DNA of 64,000 bases from a virus (lineage: Duplodnaviria; Caudoviricetes): the IMG/VR virus record IMGVR_UViG_3300032007_001727; one strand, given 5' to 3'. This document shows positions 10,042 to 19,184 of the stretch, one piece after another. A program made the translations under genes and the position numbers. The notes under the pieces were generated by a model, which was not told where the DNA came from, ran no database searches, and saw nothing but the letters and a program-made list of their open reading frames with translations. Each line of letters begins with the position of its first letter. Positions within the stretch are counted from its first letter, which is position 1.

Positions 10042-10287
10042 ATGACACAAGAAGAGAAACTTGAAGAGGCCAAGAGGCTATACAAAGATGCAAACGCAGA
10101 CCAGCGTTATGTGTTGGAACGGCTATTTCCACAACTCATAGAGTCAGAGGATGAGAAGATAAGGAAAGAAATAATTGAATATTTAAAATCCAAGTATGAA
10201 AATCCCAATGCTATTAGATTCGATTATGATAAATGGATTGCTTGGCTTGAAAAGCAAGGTAATCAGAAATCTGCTGATATAGAATAA
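10042..10287 (+). CDS. Truncated/chimeric Family E mosaic protein
   Basis: Family A start (MTQEEK) joined to EEAKRLYKDANADQRYVLER, ESEDEKIRK and WIAWLEKQG; an out-of-frame RINWFKSLR remnant follows. Confidence 0.65.
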   Translation: MTQEEKLEEAKRLYKDANADQRYVLERLFPQLIESEDEKIRKEIIEYLKSKYENPNAIRFDYDKWIAWLEKQGNQKSADIE

Positions 10288-10332
10288 ATTGGTTCAAATC
10301 TCTCAGAGCAAGAATAAAAGGAGGATAAGGTT

Positions 10333-10695
10333 ATGACGCAAAAAGAAAAACAACTATTGTTAAGGGACCTTTGTGCTAGATTGCCTTATGGTATAAAAAT
10401 TCTTCATAGAGGGGCAATAGAAGAAATAGTAGAAATAACATTAGAAGGGTCGTTTCAAAATAGGAGTTATAACGCTTGGTTTGATATTTCAACTTGTAAG
10501 CCTTACCTTCGTCCAATGTCAAGTATGACGGAGGAAGAAAGACAAGAATATGGTTTGGTACTATGTGATGAAGTATCAATTAATCAGTATGATTGGCTAA
10601 ATGCACATCATTTTGATTATCGCAACCTCATTGAGAAAGGGCTTGCATTAGAAGCACCAAAGGATATGTATAATTTCAATAATAAAGAGAAATAA
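10333..10695 (+). CDS. Family A modular protein
   Basis: MTQKEKQLLLRDLCARLPY..PYLRPMSSMTEEE..DWLNAHHFDYR..ALEAPKDMY. Confidence 0.8.
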   Translation: MTQKEKQLLLRDLCARLPYGIKILHRGAIEEIVEITLEGSFQNRSYNAWFDISTCKPYLRPMSSMTEEERQEYGLVLCDEVSINQYDWLNAHHFDYRNLIEKGLALEAPKDMYNFNNKEK

Positions 10696-10697
10696 CT

Positions 10698-10826
10698 ATG
10701 GTAACAATGATAAATAATATTACAAGCCTTACAATAAGTGATATAGGAGAATTAATTTTTGTTCTTTTACCATTTATATTACTAATATTATTCATATTGA
10801 GGTTTAAAGATTCTAAATTTAGATAA
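10698..10826 (+). CDS. small membrane peptide (42 aa)
   Basis: Hydrophobic stretch LIFVLLPFILLILFIL; shares the ATAACTATGGTAACA start context with 10829. Confidence 0.4.
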   Translation: MVTMINNITSLTISDIGELIFVLLPFILLILFILRFKDSKFR

Positions 10827-10828
10827 CT

Positions 10829-11209
10829 ATGGTAACAGTTAAGTCATATACAGACATTGAACAGTCAAAAAAGTTGGCTGAGATACTGCCAATTGAAAGT
10901 GCGGATATGGGCTATCTTTGGAATGGCATATCTTTTTGTGAATATGCTGTAAGTAAACAAACTATTTCCAAGAAAGTAGAGAATATTCCTTGTTGGAGTC
11001 TTGCTGCATTGCTTAATATTTTACCCAAAAAATATTATCCGATAAAAGACCATAAAACTGACCTAGTTCTTTGCAAGCAAAAAGATAAATGGTGCGTTCT
11101 TTATTGGGATGCAACTGGAATGCAAGACGGTGAACAAACATTGGAAGATAATTTAATAGACGCTTGTTACAAAATGATTTTAAATTTACATGAACTTAAA
11201 ATATTGTGA
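10829..11209 (+). CDS. Family B modular protein
   Basis: KSYTDIEQSKKLAEILPIESADM..PCWSLAALL..NLIDACY. Confidence 0.8.
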   Translation: MVTVKSYTDIEQSKKLAEILPIESADMGYLWNGISFCEYAVSKQTISKKVENIPCWSLAALLNILPKKYYPIKDHKTDLVLCKQKDKWCVLYWDATGMQDGEQTLEDNLIDACYKMILNLHELKIL

Positions 11210-11321
11210 TTATGATTGCAATTAACTATTTAAGAAGCAAGGAATATGTTCTGTCTTCCGATTATAAGGATTATAGAATCATTAAAGGCAAAACAAAATA
11301 TAGTGCAAAACATAAAAAATA

Positions 11322-11666
11322 ATGGAAAAGGTTTTTGAAATACCAGAAATAACAAATAATACAATTAAGTATTTTGTTGATAATAAATTTGTTGGTGACG
11401 TTACTGTAGACCAAGTAAATCAAATCCGCGAAAATATTATTGAGTACATTATTGAGAATAAAGATAAATCAATTCTTGATAGATTTTATTTTGTTGGTCA
11501 TAAGGATTCAAATGACAAGCCAGGTGAAGAGGTAAAAATAACTATGGATGTATGGGGAAATCTCTCTGATTTACCGTGGGAAATGAACCATGTTCGAAGA
11601 AGCATGATGCGTCTTATTCATATTGGACGTGTTAATAGTGAACTTTTATATAGTTTAGAAAAATAA
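11322..11666 (+). CDS. hypothetical protein
   Basis: 114-aa ORF co-oriented with its neighbours. Confidence 0.65.
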   Translation: MEKVFEIPEITNNTIKYFVDNKFVGDVTVDQVNQIRENIIEYIIENKDKSILDRFYFVGHKDSNDKPGEEVKITMDVWGNLSDLPWEMNHVRRSMMRLIHIGRVNSELLYSLEK

Positions 11667-12035
11667 TAAGTGTTCAAGTATCAAACATTCTATTTTTACG
11701 ATAAGATAGATAAGTATGTAATAGGTCAACAGTTAACATTAAAGTAATTGTAGCAAAATGAGAAAAATTGACTTTTAACAAAAATTGACACATAAAACTT
11801 TGCCACGTGACAAATAATTCGTATATTTACACAAGTCAAAGATAAAAATAAGTTTTATAGAATAAAAAAATGTTGTGATTATGCATATAAACGGAAATAA
11901 ACACCCTATTTTATGGTGGATTTGTGTTGTAATCCCCTTTATTATATATTCTTCCTTTCCTAAATGCATTAAAAGAAAATTATTTGATAAATATTCAAGT
12001 TATAGCAAATATAAAAATAATAAAAAGAAAATACT

Positions 12036-13559
12036 ATGAAAGAACTAACTATAGAACAAAAGGCTTTAGTTTATGACGAGGCCCTTGAAATAGCAAAACA
12101 TTATCACAGCGGAATGGGTGATGATGTCAAATGTGTCTTAGAAGAGGTCTTTTCCGAACTCCGTGAATCAGAAGACGAGAGTGAGGATGATAAGATAAGA
12201 AGAGCCCTTCTCAACACAGTAAAATATTATCATTTTAAAGAATCACCTTACATGTTAGGTATATCTCAAGAACAAGTTATTGCTTGGCTTGAAAAGCAAC
12301 GCGAACAGAAGCCCACTGATAAGGTTAAACCAAAGTTTAAGGTTGGCGATAAAATAATTGAAAAAGATTTCGATGAATGTGGTTGTGGAACTATTATAGA
12401 CATTAAAGATGGCAAATACATCTTTGATGATGGAGGCTTTATTTTTATAGAAGAACAAGGTCTTTGGAAACTCGTTAAGCAGAAGTCTGCTGACAAGGCA
12501 GAACCAAAGTTTAAGGTTGGCGATTGGATAGTATATAATAGAAACAATTCTTCAATAGAAATTCTGTATATTTGTGATATAAGGGATGGTAGATATTATT
12601 TCAATGACAATATTCATATCTCTTGGTCTGTAAAAGAATGTGATGAAAAATGTCATCTTTGGACTATTGCTGATGCAAAGGGTGGTGATGTACTTGTAAA
12701 TCAAAATGGAGAAATGCCATTTATATTCAAAGAATGTAAGGACAATCATATCTATTGCTATTGTGGATATACAAATCGTAAAGATATATTCTTTAATAAG
12801 TTTGTTGATAGTAAAGGTGAAGAATTACATTGGTTAAATCTTTATCATGAACAAGCATATCCAACCACCAAAGAACAACGTGACCTCTTGTTCCAAAAGA
12901 TGAAGGAATCTGGCTATGAATGGAATGCTGAAAAGAAAGAAGTGAAGAAGATACACGTAATTGATGAAGGCAAGGCTGAAATGGACTACTGTTTCACTAA
13001 GATGATGAATGGTGAAAAGGTAAGTCCCATTTGGAGTGAAGGGGATGATGTCTTTTTTAAAGCAATTGTCAGAGATATTGAGAATATCAAATATATCAGT
13101 GAAAGTGCAAAAACTGATAGAATAAAATGGCTCAAATCCCTCAAAGACCGCGTACAACCAAAACAAGAGTGGAAACAAGAAAATACAAGTGATTTGACTG
13201 ACTTTGAGAATGCGATGATGCACATAGGTGACTCTTTCTTTGGACAACATGCAGGTTTAGACCCGAATAACACTAATGCAATAAAAGAGCAAGCAAACCT
13301 TCTCTTAGAACTTATACCAAGTAAAGAGTGGAGTGAGAAGGATAATAGACTTTTAAATGATGCCATATCTCTTGCTGATGAATGTGATGATTTTGAATTA
13401 AGAGATTGGCTCAAATCCCTCAAATCTCAAAATAGATGGAAGCCAAGTGATGAGCAGATGAGCCTTCTTGAAGAATTAGTTGAAGACAATAATCAAAGGT
13501 ACTTCTATACTATACTTAGGTCATTGTATGAGCAATTAAAGAAACTAAGGGAGGAATAG
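12036..13559 (+). CDS. Family E mosaic protein (507 aa)
   Basis: Blocks ESED.KIR, IAWLEKQ, PKFKVGD (x2), LWTIADAK.GD, PTTKEQR, WSE.D and WKPSDEQM. Confidence 0.8.
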   Translation: MKELTIEQKALVYDEALEIAKHYHSGMGDDVKCVLEEVFSELRESEDESEDDKIRRALLNTVKYYHFKESPYMLGISQEQVIAWLEKQREQKPTDKVKPKFKVGDKIIEKDFDECGCGTIIDIKDGKYIFDDGGFIFIEEQGLWKLVKQKSADKAEPKFKVGDWIVYNRNNSSIEILYICDIRDGRYYFNDNIHISWSVKECDEKCHLWTIADAKGGDVLVNQNGEMPFIFKECKDNHIYCYCGYTNRKDIFFNKFVDSKGEELHWLNLYHEQAYPTTKEQRDLLFQKMKESGYEWNAEKKEVKKIHVIDEGKAEMDYCFTKMMNGEKVSPIWSEGDDVFFKAIVRDIENIKYISESAKTDRIKWLKSLKDRVQPKQEWKQENTSDLTDFENAMMHIGDSFFGQHAGLDPNNTNAIKEQANLLLELIPSKEWSEKDNRLLNDAISLADECDDFELRDWLKSLKSQNRWKPSDEQMSLLEELVEDNNQRYFYTILRSLYEQLKKLREE

Positions 13560-13561
13560 TT

Positions 13562-13729
13562 ATGAAATATTGTGTAGAAAACGAAATATTCGGACATCTT
13601 GAAGGCATTATCGATGGTGCTGATAGAATGACAAGTGGCAACTTTATGCACAACAAAAATGCAATTAAGTTGTCTGCGAAGATTATTATAGATAGGCTTC
13701 ACAGTCTTGGTATTAACGAAAAAAAATAA
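13562..13729 (+). CDS. small hypothetical protein (55 aa)
   Basis: MKYCVENEIFGHLEG... begins 2 nt after the previous stop. Confidence 0.5.
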   Translation: MKYCVENEIFGHLEGIIDGADRMTSGNFMHNKNAIKLSAKIIIDRLHSLGINEKK

Positions 13730-13733
13730 AATT

Positions 13734-14057
13734 ATGAAAGCAAACGAAGCAACGGAAAAATGTATGACGTTTTATCATGGAACAAATAAAGAAAATTGGG
13801 ATGCCATACAAAAAGAAGGTATACTTTATGGTAGAAGGTATATAACAGACAATAATGGCAATATTATAAAAAAAGTTAGTAGATGTACTTATCTTGCAAC
13901 AGATTTAGAGGAGGCTAAATGTTATGGTGATGTAATTCTACAAGTTGAATATGACCCATTTAAACATAAGAAGAAAAACAACTATATAGATGGTTGTTGG
14001 CAAGTAAGAGTATATGAACCTATTCCTATTTCTAAAATTCAAGAAGTAAAGTTATGA
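13734..14057 (+). CDS. ADP-ribosyltransferase-fold protein (KptA/Tpt1-like) carrying the MKANEA leader
   Basis: FYHGT..I.KEGI, TYLATD..A..YG..ILQV pattern typical of H-type ART folds. Confidence 0.55.
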   Translation: MKANEATEKCMTFYHGTNKENWDAIQKEGILYGRRYITDNNGNIIKKVSRCTYLATDLEEAKCYGDVILQVEYDPFKHKKKNNYIDGCWQVRVYEPIPISKIQEVKL

Positions 14058-14359
14058 AAGCAAACGAAGCACCAGAGAAATTGTATGTTGATGTAAACGA
14101 CAATTTTAGTGATTCTTTTCTTTATGGATTTACAGAAAAGCGTAAAGAGGATGATATTGAATACACCCATACTGATGCCTTTATTGAGAAGGCTTGCGAG
14201 TTTATAAGTAAATATATTGAGTCTGATAAATATGTATCTCCTGATGAGGAATCATACAGATTGGGTTTTCCGTATAACTACTTTGAGACAAACATGTTTA
14301 TTAATGATTTCAAAGACTATATGAAGGGGAATAGTTATGAAAGCAAACGAAGCACCTAA
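14054..14359 (+). CDS. Family C modular protein (MKANEAP..DAFIE..FKDY.KG)
   Basis: Blocks shared with 14337. Confidence 0.75.
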   Translation: MKANEAPEKLYVDVNDNFSDSFLYGFTEKRKEDDIEYTHTDAFIEKACEFISKYIESDKYVSPDEESYRLGFPYNYFETNMFINDFKDYMKGNSYESKRST

Positions 14360-14594
14360 GAAGATTATATTGTCAGCATATAGAGATTCAGAAGAACTAT
14401 CCGATTATTGGGCGGTAAGTGACAATACAGATAATATTAAGATTGAATACGTTCGTGCTGATGCCTTTATTGAGGGGGCTGCTGACAAATTAAAGCAACT
14501 TATGTATGACCAACATTTGTTTGAAGGTAGGATGCATCAAGATGCTATTATCGAGAATTTCGTTGGGTATTTTAAAGACTATATAAAAGGATAA
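14337..14594 (+). CDS. Family C modular protein
   Basis: MKANEAP..IEY..ADAFIE..FKDYIKG. Confidence 0.75.
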   Translation: MKANEAPKKIILSAYRDSEELSDYWAVSDNTDNIKIEYVRADAFIEGAADKLKQLMYDQHLFEGRMHQDAIIENFVGYFKDYIKG

Positions 14595-14615
14595 TAATTT
14601 ATGACATAATTGAGT

Positions 14616-15074
14616 ATGGCACACTTAATAGACAAAGACGCTTTATTAGCGAGGATTAAAAAATTAAAGATGGACATTGGAAACATGTTCAATGAGTATG
14701 ATGAAGGGTTTTGGGAAGGAAGGGCCACTGCATTTGATGATGTTATTTGTGCTCTCAACACCCTTGAAGTGAAAGACCCACATGAACAATGTGCTCAATA
14801 TGACTCTATTAAAGCGGGTATTCAAGCCCATTCTGAAACCTATTCTTTCAACATAGAAAGTGAGTTGTTTAATCAACTGACAAAAGAACAGCAAGTGTTG
14901 TGGAGAAAGGAAATAGAGCAAGCATGTATCAGCGGTGGCGAAGTAGGTTATTTACTTGCAAAAGACCCACGTTATAAGGAAAACCTTGAAGTTAAAGTGG
15001 CGGACTTAGATGAAGCATTATCAGGTTTGGATAAAGAGATAAAAGAATTTGTTGCAACGGAAGAAGGAGAATAG
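14616..15074 (+). CDS. Family D protein (IDKDAL..YDEG..TLEVK)
   Basis: N-terminal block shared with 15441. Confidence 0.7.
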   Translation: MAHLIDKDALLARIKKLKMDIGNMFNEYDEGFWEGRATAFDDVICALNTLEVKDPHEQCAQYDSIKAGIQAHSETYSFNIESELFNQLTKEQQVLWRKEIEQACISGGEVGYLLAKDPRYKENLEVKVADLDEALSGLDKEIKEFVATEEGE

Positions 15075-15077
15075 AAT

Positions 15078-15341
15078 ATGAATATGGAAAAAGATTTTGT
15101 CAAACCTTTTGTAACCGTTGGAAAGTGGTTACTGTTTCTTGTTCTGATTATATTAATAGGCATTCAGAATTATCAGATAAGAAACTATAAACAGAGTGAA
15201 AAAGAATGGGTTGAACTTTCAAAACTATGGCGAGAGAAACTTGATACTTGTATGAATCGTAATGAACGAATCTATGAGCAGTTGTATCAATTCCAAGATA
15301 TAAGAATTAATCAATTAAAAGCACAGAAAGGAGAAGATTGA
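15078..15341 (+). CDS. membrane-anchored hypothetical protein
   Basis: Hydrophobic WLLFLVLIILIGI followed by a coiled-coil-like segment. Confidence 0.6.
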   Translation: MNMEKDFVKPFVTVGKWLLFLVLIILIGIQNYQIRNYKQSEKEWVELSKLWREKLDTCMNRNERIYEQLYQFQDIRINQLKAQKGED

Positions 15342-15353
15342 AAAAATACCTTT

Positions 15354-15435
15354 TTCACATTTTTTAAGAAAAAAACTTTTGTTAATTCAATTTTTTTCGG
15401 TACATTTGCATCGTAAACCATTTAAAATAGAATTA
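15354..15435 (+). repeat. ~80-bp promoter-containing repeat, copy 2
   Basis: TTTG at 15378-15381, TACATTTG at 15401-15408; near-identical to 5867-5948. Confidence 0.75.
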
Positions 15436-15440
15436 AAAGT

Positions 15441-15647
15441 ATGTCACACTACATAGACAAAGATGCTCTTAGGGCGGAAATAGAAGCCCTACAAGATGCT
15501 ACCATGGACGAGAATAGAAATTTCAAGTCTTCCTATGACGAGGGTAAGTTTGATGCTTTAACCGTAATAGATAATTTACTTGACACCCTTGAGGTGAAGT
15601 CCGAAGAAATTGATTTGAACAACTCCAAGGATAGAGTAATATATTAA
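15441..15647 (+). CDS. Family D protein
   Basis: MSHYIDKDAL..YDEG..LDTLEVK. Confidence 0.7.
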   Translation: MSHYIDKDALRAEIEALQDATMDENRNFKSSYDEGKFDALTVIDNLLDTLEVKSEEIDLNNSKDRVIY

Positions 15648-15662
15648 AATTTTGTGAAAGTT

Positions 15663-16544
15663 ATGGAAGAAAAAGAAAGATTTGAAGAAGCCAAAAGGCT
15701 ATACAAAGATGCAAATGCAGACCAACGCTATGTTTTGGAACGTATATTTCCTCAACTCAGAGAGAGCGGGGATGAGAAGATAAGGAAAGCAATAATTAAT
15801 TATTTTGAATGTCAAATTAGGGATGAACCTACAAGAAAAAATATTCTTAATAAATGGATTAATTGGCTTAAATTTATAAAAGCATCTTCTATCAATAATA
15901 TAGATAAATCATTCATTGATGATATAAAAAACATAATTTATGAAGCACCTGGAGTGCTTCAAGCAGATAAAAATAGACTTGTTGCTTGGCTTGAAAAGCA
16001 AGGCGAGTCGAAATCTATTGATATTCAATCAATAGAAAAAAGAGCGCATGAAGTATTTCCTGATGATGATGATGAAAATACTCCCCTTTATAGACAAGCA
16101 TTTATAGATGGTGCTGTAGATTATATTGATTGTGGCTGCAAAAATATTGCTTGGAGTGAAGAGGATGAGAAGATAAGAAGGGAAATTATAAGAATTGTTG
16201 ACATATGGACAAGTAGTTCTCCAATTGTCAACGGGATTCCAAGTGAAACCCTTCTTGCTTGGCTTGAAAAGCAAGGGGAGCATGCTTCTACTTGGAGTGA
16301 AGAAGATGAAAGAAACGTAAAAGAGTTACTATATCTTGTAGAAGCAAATTATTTAAACTCAGAAGAACCACATGACAGACTAATCAATTTTCTTGAATCC
16401 ATCAGATATAAGAACACTTGGAAGCCAAGTGATGAGCAGATGCGTGAACTTCACAATGTATTTAATGATACAAGTGGGGGTTGGGAAGATAGCGTTATTG
16501 AATCACTCTATAACAATTTAAAGAAACTAAGGAAGGAGAAATAA
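15663..16544 (+). CDS. Family E mosaic protein
   Basis: EEAKRLYKDANADQRYVLER, DEKIRK, AWLEKQGE (x2), WSEEDE (x2), WKPSDEQM, SLY..LKKLR. Confidence 0.8.
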   Translation: MEEKERFEEAKRLYKDANADQRYVLERIFPQLRESGDEKIRKAIINYFECQIRDEPTRKNILNKWINWLKFIKASSINNIDKSFIDDIKNIIYEAPGVLQADKNRLVAWLEKQGESKSIDIQSIEKRAHEVFPDDDDENTPLYRQAFIDGAVDYIDCGCKNIAWSEEDEKIRREIIRIVDIWTSSSPIVNGIPSETLLAWLEKQGEHASTWSEEDERNVKELLYLVEANYLNSEEPHDRLINFLESIRYKNTWKPSDEQMRELHNVFNDTSGGWEDSVIESLYNNLKKLRKEK

Positions 16545-16546
16545 CT

Positions 16547-16948
16547 ATGGCAATAATAACAGAAGATTACGTTAGTTTTGAAATAGCAAAACTTTTGAAA
16601 GAAAAAGGTTTTAATGCCAAATGCGATAAATGTTATGCTTATTTTGCAGATGATGACATTCGTTCTCTGAATTTAAAATATCCAAAATTAGCACAATTAC
16701 TGATTGAAAATAGGTACCCTTGTGTAACTCACCAAATGGCAATGAAGTGGCTACGAGAAGAACATCATTTATCAGTTGAGGTGTATAGAACTGCTTGTGG
16801 TTATATAGGATGTGTTGTTGCTATTCCAAGTGGAACTGATATTAAATTTCTTGAAGATGATGGCGATGATTTGCCAAGTGGCACATATACAAAATGGGAA
16901 TATGCTTGTGAAGCATCAATCAAGTATTGTATTAAAAATTTGATTTAA
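16547..16948 (+). CDS. conserved phage hypothetical protein
   Basis: ITEDYVSFEIAKLLKEKGF..QMAMKWLRE pattern. Confidence 0.7.
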   Translation: MAIITEDYVSFEIAKLLKEKGFNAKCDKCYAYFADDDIRSLNLKYPKLAQLLIENRYPCVTHQMAMKWLREEHHLSVEVYRTACGYIGCVVAIPSGTDIKFLEDDGDDLPSGTYTKWEYACEASIKYCIKNLI

Positions 16949-16971
16949 TATGACAATAAAAGACAACGACT

Positions 16972-17481
16972 ATGGAAGAAAAAGACAAATTGAGTGATAT
17001 GCTTGATGAATCTTTGTCCAAGGAAAACACTGCTGACAAGGTTGAACCAAAGTTTAAGATTGGTGACACTATCTATTATAACTCATTTGGCAAAGTAAAA
17101 AGTATGATTGTATCCAATGTAGTTACAGATAGTACAGATAATCCTATGTATGAAGATGCAAATGGCAATGCTGTATTTGAGAAAGACCTTGTAGAACAGA
17201 AGCATGTTTGGAGTAGAGAGGATGAACAAAATCTTAATGCCGCACTAGGTTATATAGATGATGAGTATCTTCGTAGATGGCTTAAAGATGCTATCTATAA
17301 CAAATACGAGAAGCCTACTTGTAGTGAAGAGGATGGAAGGATAAGGAAAGACTTAATAAGTCATTTCAAGGAAACAATAGAAAATATTAAAAGTGAAGAA
17401 ATAATACCTCATCATGCAAAGATTCTTGTAGGCAAAATGCAAAAATGGATTGCTTGGCTTGAAAATGCAAGAACTTGGTAA
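16972..17481 (+). CDS. Family E mosaic protein
   Basis: ADKVEPKFKIGD, WSREDE, SEED.RIRK and WIAWLE. Confidence 0.75.
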   Translation: MEEKDKLSDMLDESLSKENTADKVEPKFKIGDTIYYNSFGKVKSMIVSNVVTDSTDNPMYEDANGNAVFEKDLVEQKHVWSREDEQNLNAALGYIDDEYLRRWLKDAIYNKYEKPTCSEEDGRIRKDLISHFKETIENIKSEEIIPHHAKILVGKMQKWIAWLENARTW

Positions 17482-17512
17482 ATATAAAGTTAAATAAGTT
17501 TTAGAAAAACAT

Positions 17513-18577
17513 ATGAATAATATGAGCAATAAAGACGATGAAAGATTAAGAAAGACTACTATTGCCTTTCTCAAAGATTTCGCAGAACAAGGTTATGAGA
17601 ATGCCGTAGAGTGCATAGATTGGCTCGAAAAGCAAGGTGAGCAGAAGTCTATTGATATGGTTGAGCCAAAGTTCCATGAAGGTGATTGGATTATAACAGA
17701 CAAGAATCATATTTGGTATGTGGATGAAGATTGCTCAACAACGGGTTATCTTTATAGACTTGTTGCTATTAATGGAAAAGTTGAAGTGGCTGAATATGAA
17801 GTTGTTGATGAACACGCTCGTCTTTGGACTATTGCTGATGCAAAGGATGGGGACATACTATTCCAAGATTTAATGTGTGGTAAAACGTTTATTTATAATG
17901 GAATTAACCCTGACATGGCAATACTTTATTCTTTTCTTATAAGCAATGATGGTGAAGATGTTTTGCCATATCATATAGGGAAACCAAATACAGGTATAGG
18001 ATTTATTGAAGAAAACAAAAATATTATTCACCCAGCCACCAAAAAACAGCGTGAACTTTTATTTGCAAAAATGAAAGAAGCGGGTTATGAATGGGATATT
18101 GAAAAGAAAGAAGTGAAGAAAATTGAACCAAAGTTCAAGGTTGGCGACTATATAGTTTATAAAGGTTATGTGTGGAAAGTTTTTAATATAAGTCTTGAAA
18201 AATATTATGAACTATTGAAAATAAATAACGAAGTTTCTACATGTTCTATTGAATACGTCGATAACAATGCACATTTGTGGACCATCCAAGATGCAAAAGA
18301 TGGTGATATACTTGTGTCTAAATCTGGAGATAAAATATTTTCATATCGTGGGAATCTTGATTTAAGGGGTAGACCTTGTGCATATTATGGAATATACAAA
18401 GTACATGATGGAATACGTTTTAGTCCGTGTGCTATTGGTAATTATTTTACATATGAGGATGTTCATCCCGCAACCAAAGAACAGTGCGAGCAACTTGAAG
18501 AAGCAATGGCTGAAGCAGGATACACCTTTGATTTTGATAAGAAAGAGTTGAATAAAATAGAGGCACCAAGACTATGA
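17513..18577 (+). CDS. Family E mosaic protein with internal duplication
   Basis: Two copies of EPKF..GD / LWTI.DAKDGDIL / HPATK.Q / M.EAGY. Confidence 0.8.
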   Translation: MNNMSNKDDERLRKTTIAFLKDFAEQGYENAVECIDWLEKQGEQKSIDMVEPKFHEGDWIITDKNHIWYVDEDCSTTGYLYRLVAINGKVEVAEYEVVDEHARLWTIADAKDGDILFQDLMCGKTFIYNGINPDMAILYSFLISNDGEDVLPYHIGKPNTGIGFIEENKNIIHPATKKQRELLFAKMKEAGYEWDIEKKEVKKIEPKFKVGDYIVYKGYVWKVFNISLEKYYELLKINNEVSTCSIEYVDNNAHLWTIQDAKDGDILVSKSGDKIFSYRGNLDLRGRPCAYYGIYKVHDGIRFSPCAIGNYFTYEDVHPATKEQCEQLEEAMAEAGYTFDFDKKELNKIEAPRL

Positions 18578-18675
18578 TTAAGGTATTTTTAAGCAAGATT
18601 TTGAGGTGGTTTCTTGAAAGCGGCAATGATGATGCATATGCAAAGGCAATCGAAGACATGGACTAATTAAGTGAT

Positions 18676-18703
18676 AAAATGCAGTCAGAAATGACTGCAT
18701 TTT
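18676..18703 (+). terminator. Intrinsic terminator closing the accessory island
   Basis: AAAATGCAGTCA-GAAA-TGACTGCATTTT perfect hairpin. Confidence 0.75.
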
Positions 18704-18709
18704 CTGTTT

Positions 18710-18735
18710 ATTATGATATTTATTGTAAAAATAAC
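18710..18735 (+). promoter_or_regulatory. TATTTAT-class putative phage (late) promoter
   Basis: ATTATGATATTTATTGTAAAAATAAC is identical at 57243-57268; both copies precede IRLTE.DLH leader genes. Confidence 0.6.
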
Positions 18736-18756
18736 GAATTAAATACATATTATAAT

Positions 18757-19089
18757 ATGAATAAGAAACTTATTAGATTAACAGAAGGAGACCTTCATAA
18801 TATAGTGAAAGAGTCTATAAAGAAAATACTAAAAGAAAGCGTTGGAGTTTTCGAGGTTTACACAAATGACTATATGCAAAATGCACCTGTTTTTGTGAGG
18901 GTTGGTGAAGAATTCTATAAAGTGCCACAAGAAATGGAGTTTATGATAGGCGAGTTAGGCACAAGACAAGGAAGAATGACTTTTATTGATGCCATTACTA
19001 ATGGCGAAATTCCTTCTTGTAATGTAGATGTATTAAAATTGAAAGGACACGGATATAAGAGTAGAGCGTTTAACGCCAATGCATTTTAA
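18757..19089 (+). CDS. small protein with IRLTEGDLH.IVKES leader
   Basis: MNKKLIRLTEGDLHNIVKESIKKILKES; the track start at 18679 lies inside the terminator. Confidence 0.75.
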   Translation: MNKKLIRLTEGDLHNIVKESIKKILKESVGVFEVYTNDYMQNAPVFVRVGEEFYKVPQEMEFMIGELGTRQGRMTFIDAITNGEIPSCNVDVLKLKGHGYKSRAFNANAF

Positions 19090-19154
19090 GCAGCCATTAG
19101 ACTGACTCTAATTTCTGACCACTTACGAACAAGTCCAATTGACTTATGAAATAT

Positions 19155-19184
19155 ATGGGCGAATCTTTCTGATTTGCCCATTTT
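19155..19184 (+). terminator. Intrinsic terminator
   Basis: ATGGGCGAATC...GATTTGCCCAT followed by a T tail. Confidence 0.55.

Noticed and set aside
6379-18577. CRISPR array or integron attC cassette array
   Set aside because: The repeats are in-frame coding blocks with irregular spacing. There is no constant repeat-spacer period, no palindromic attC-like sites, and no cas or integrase gene.
18679-18756. Track start for ORF 18679..19089, and similar upstream extensions at 7870, 8271, 10009, 13707, 58924
   Set aside because: The extensions run through terminators, promoters or upstream genes. Paralog alignment or the position of promoter motifs places the starts at downstream ATGs.
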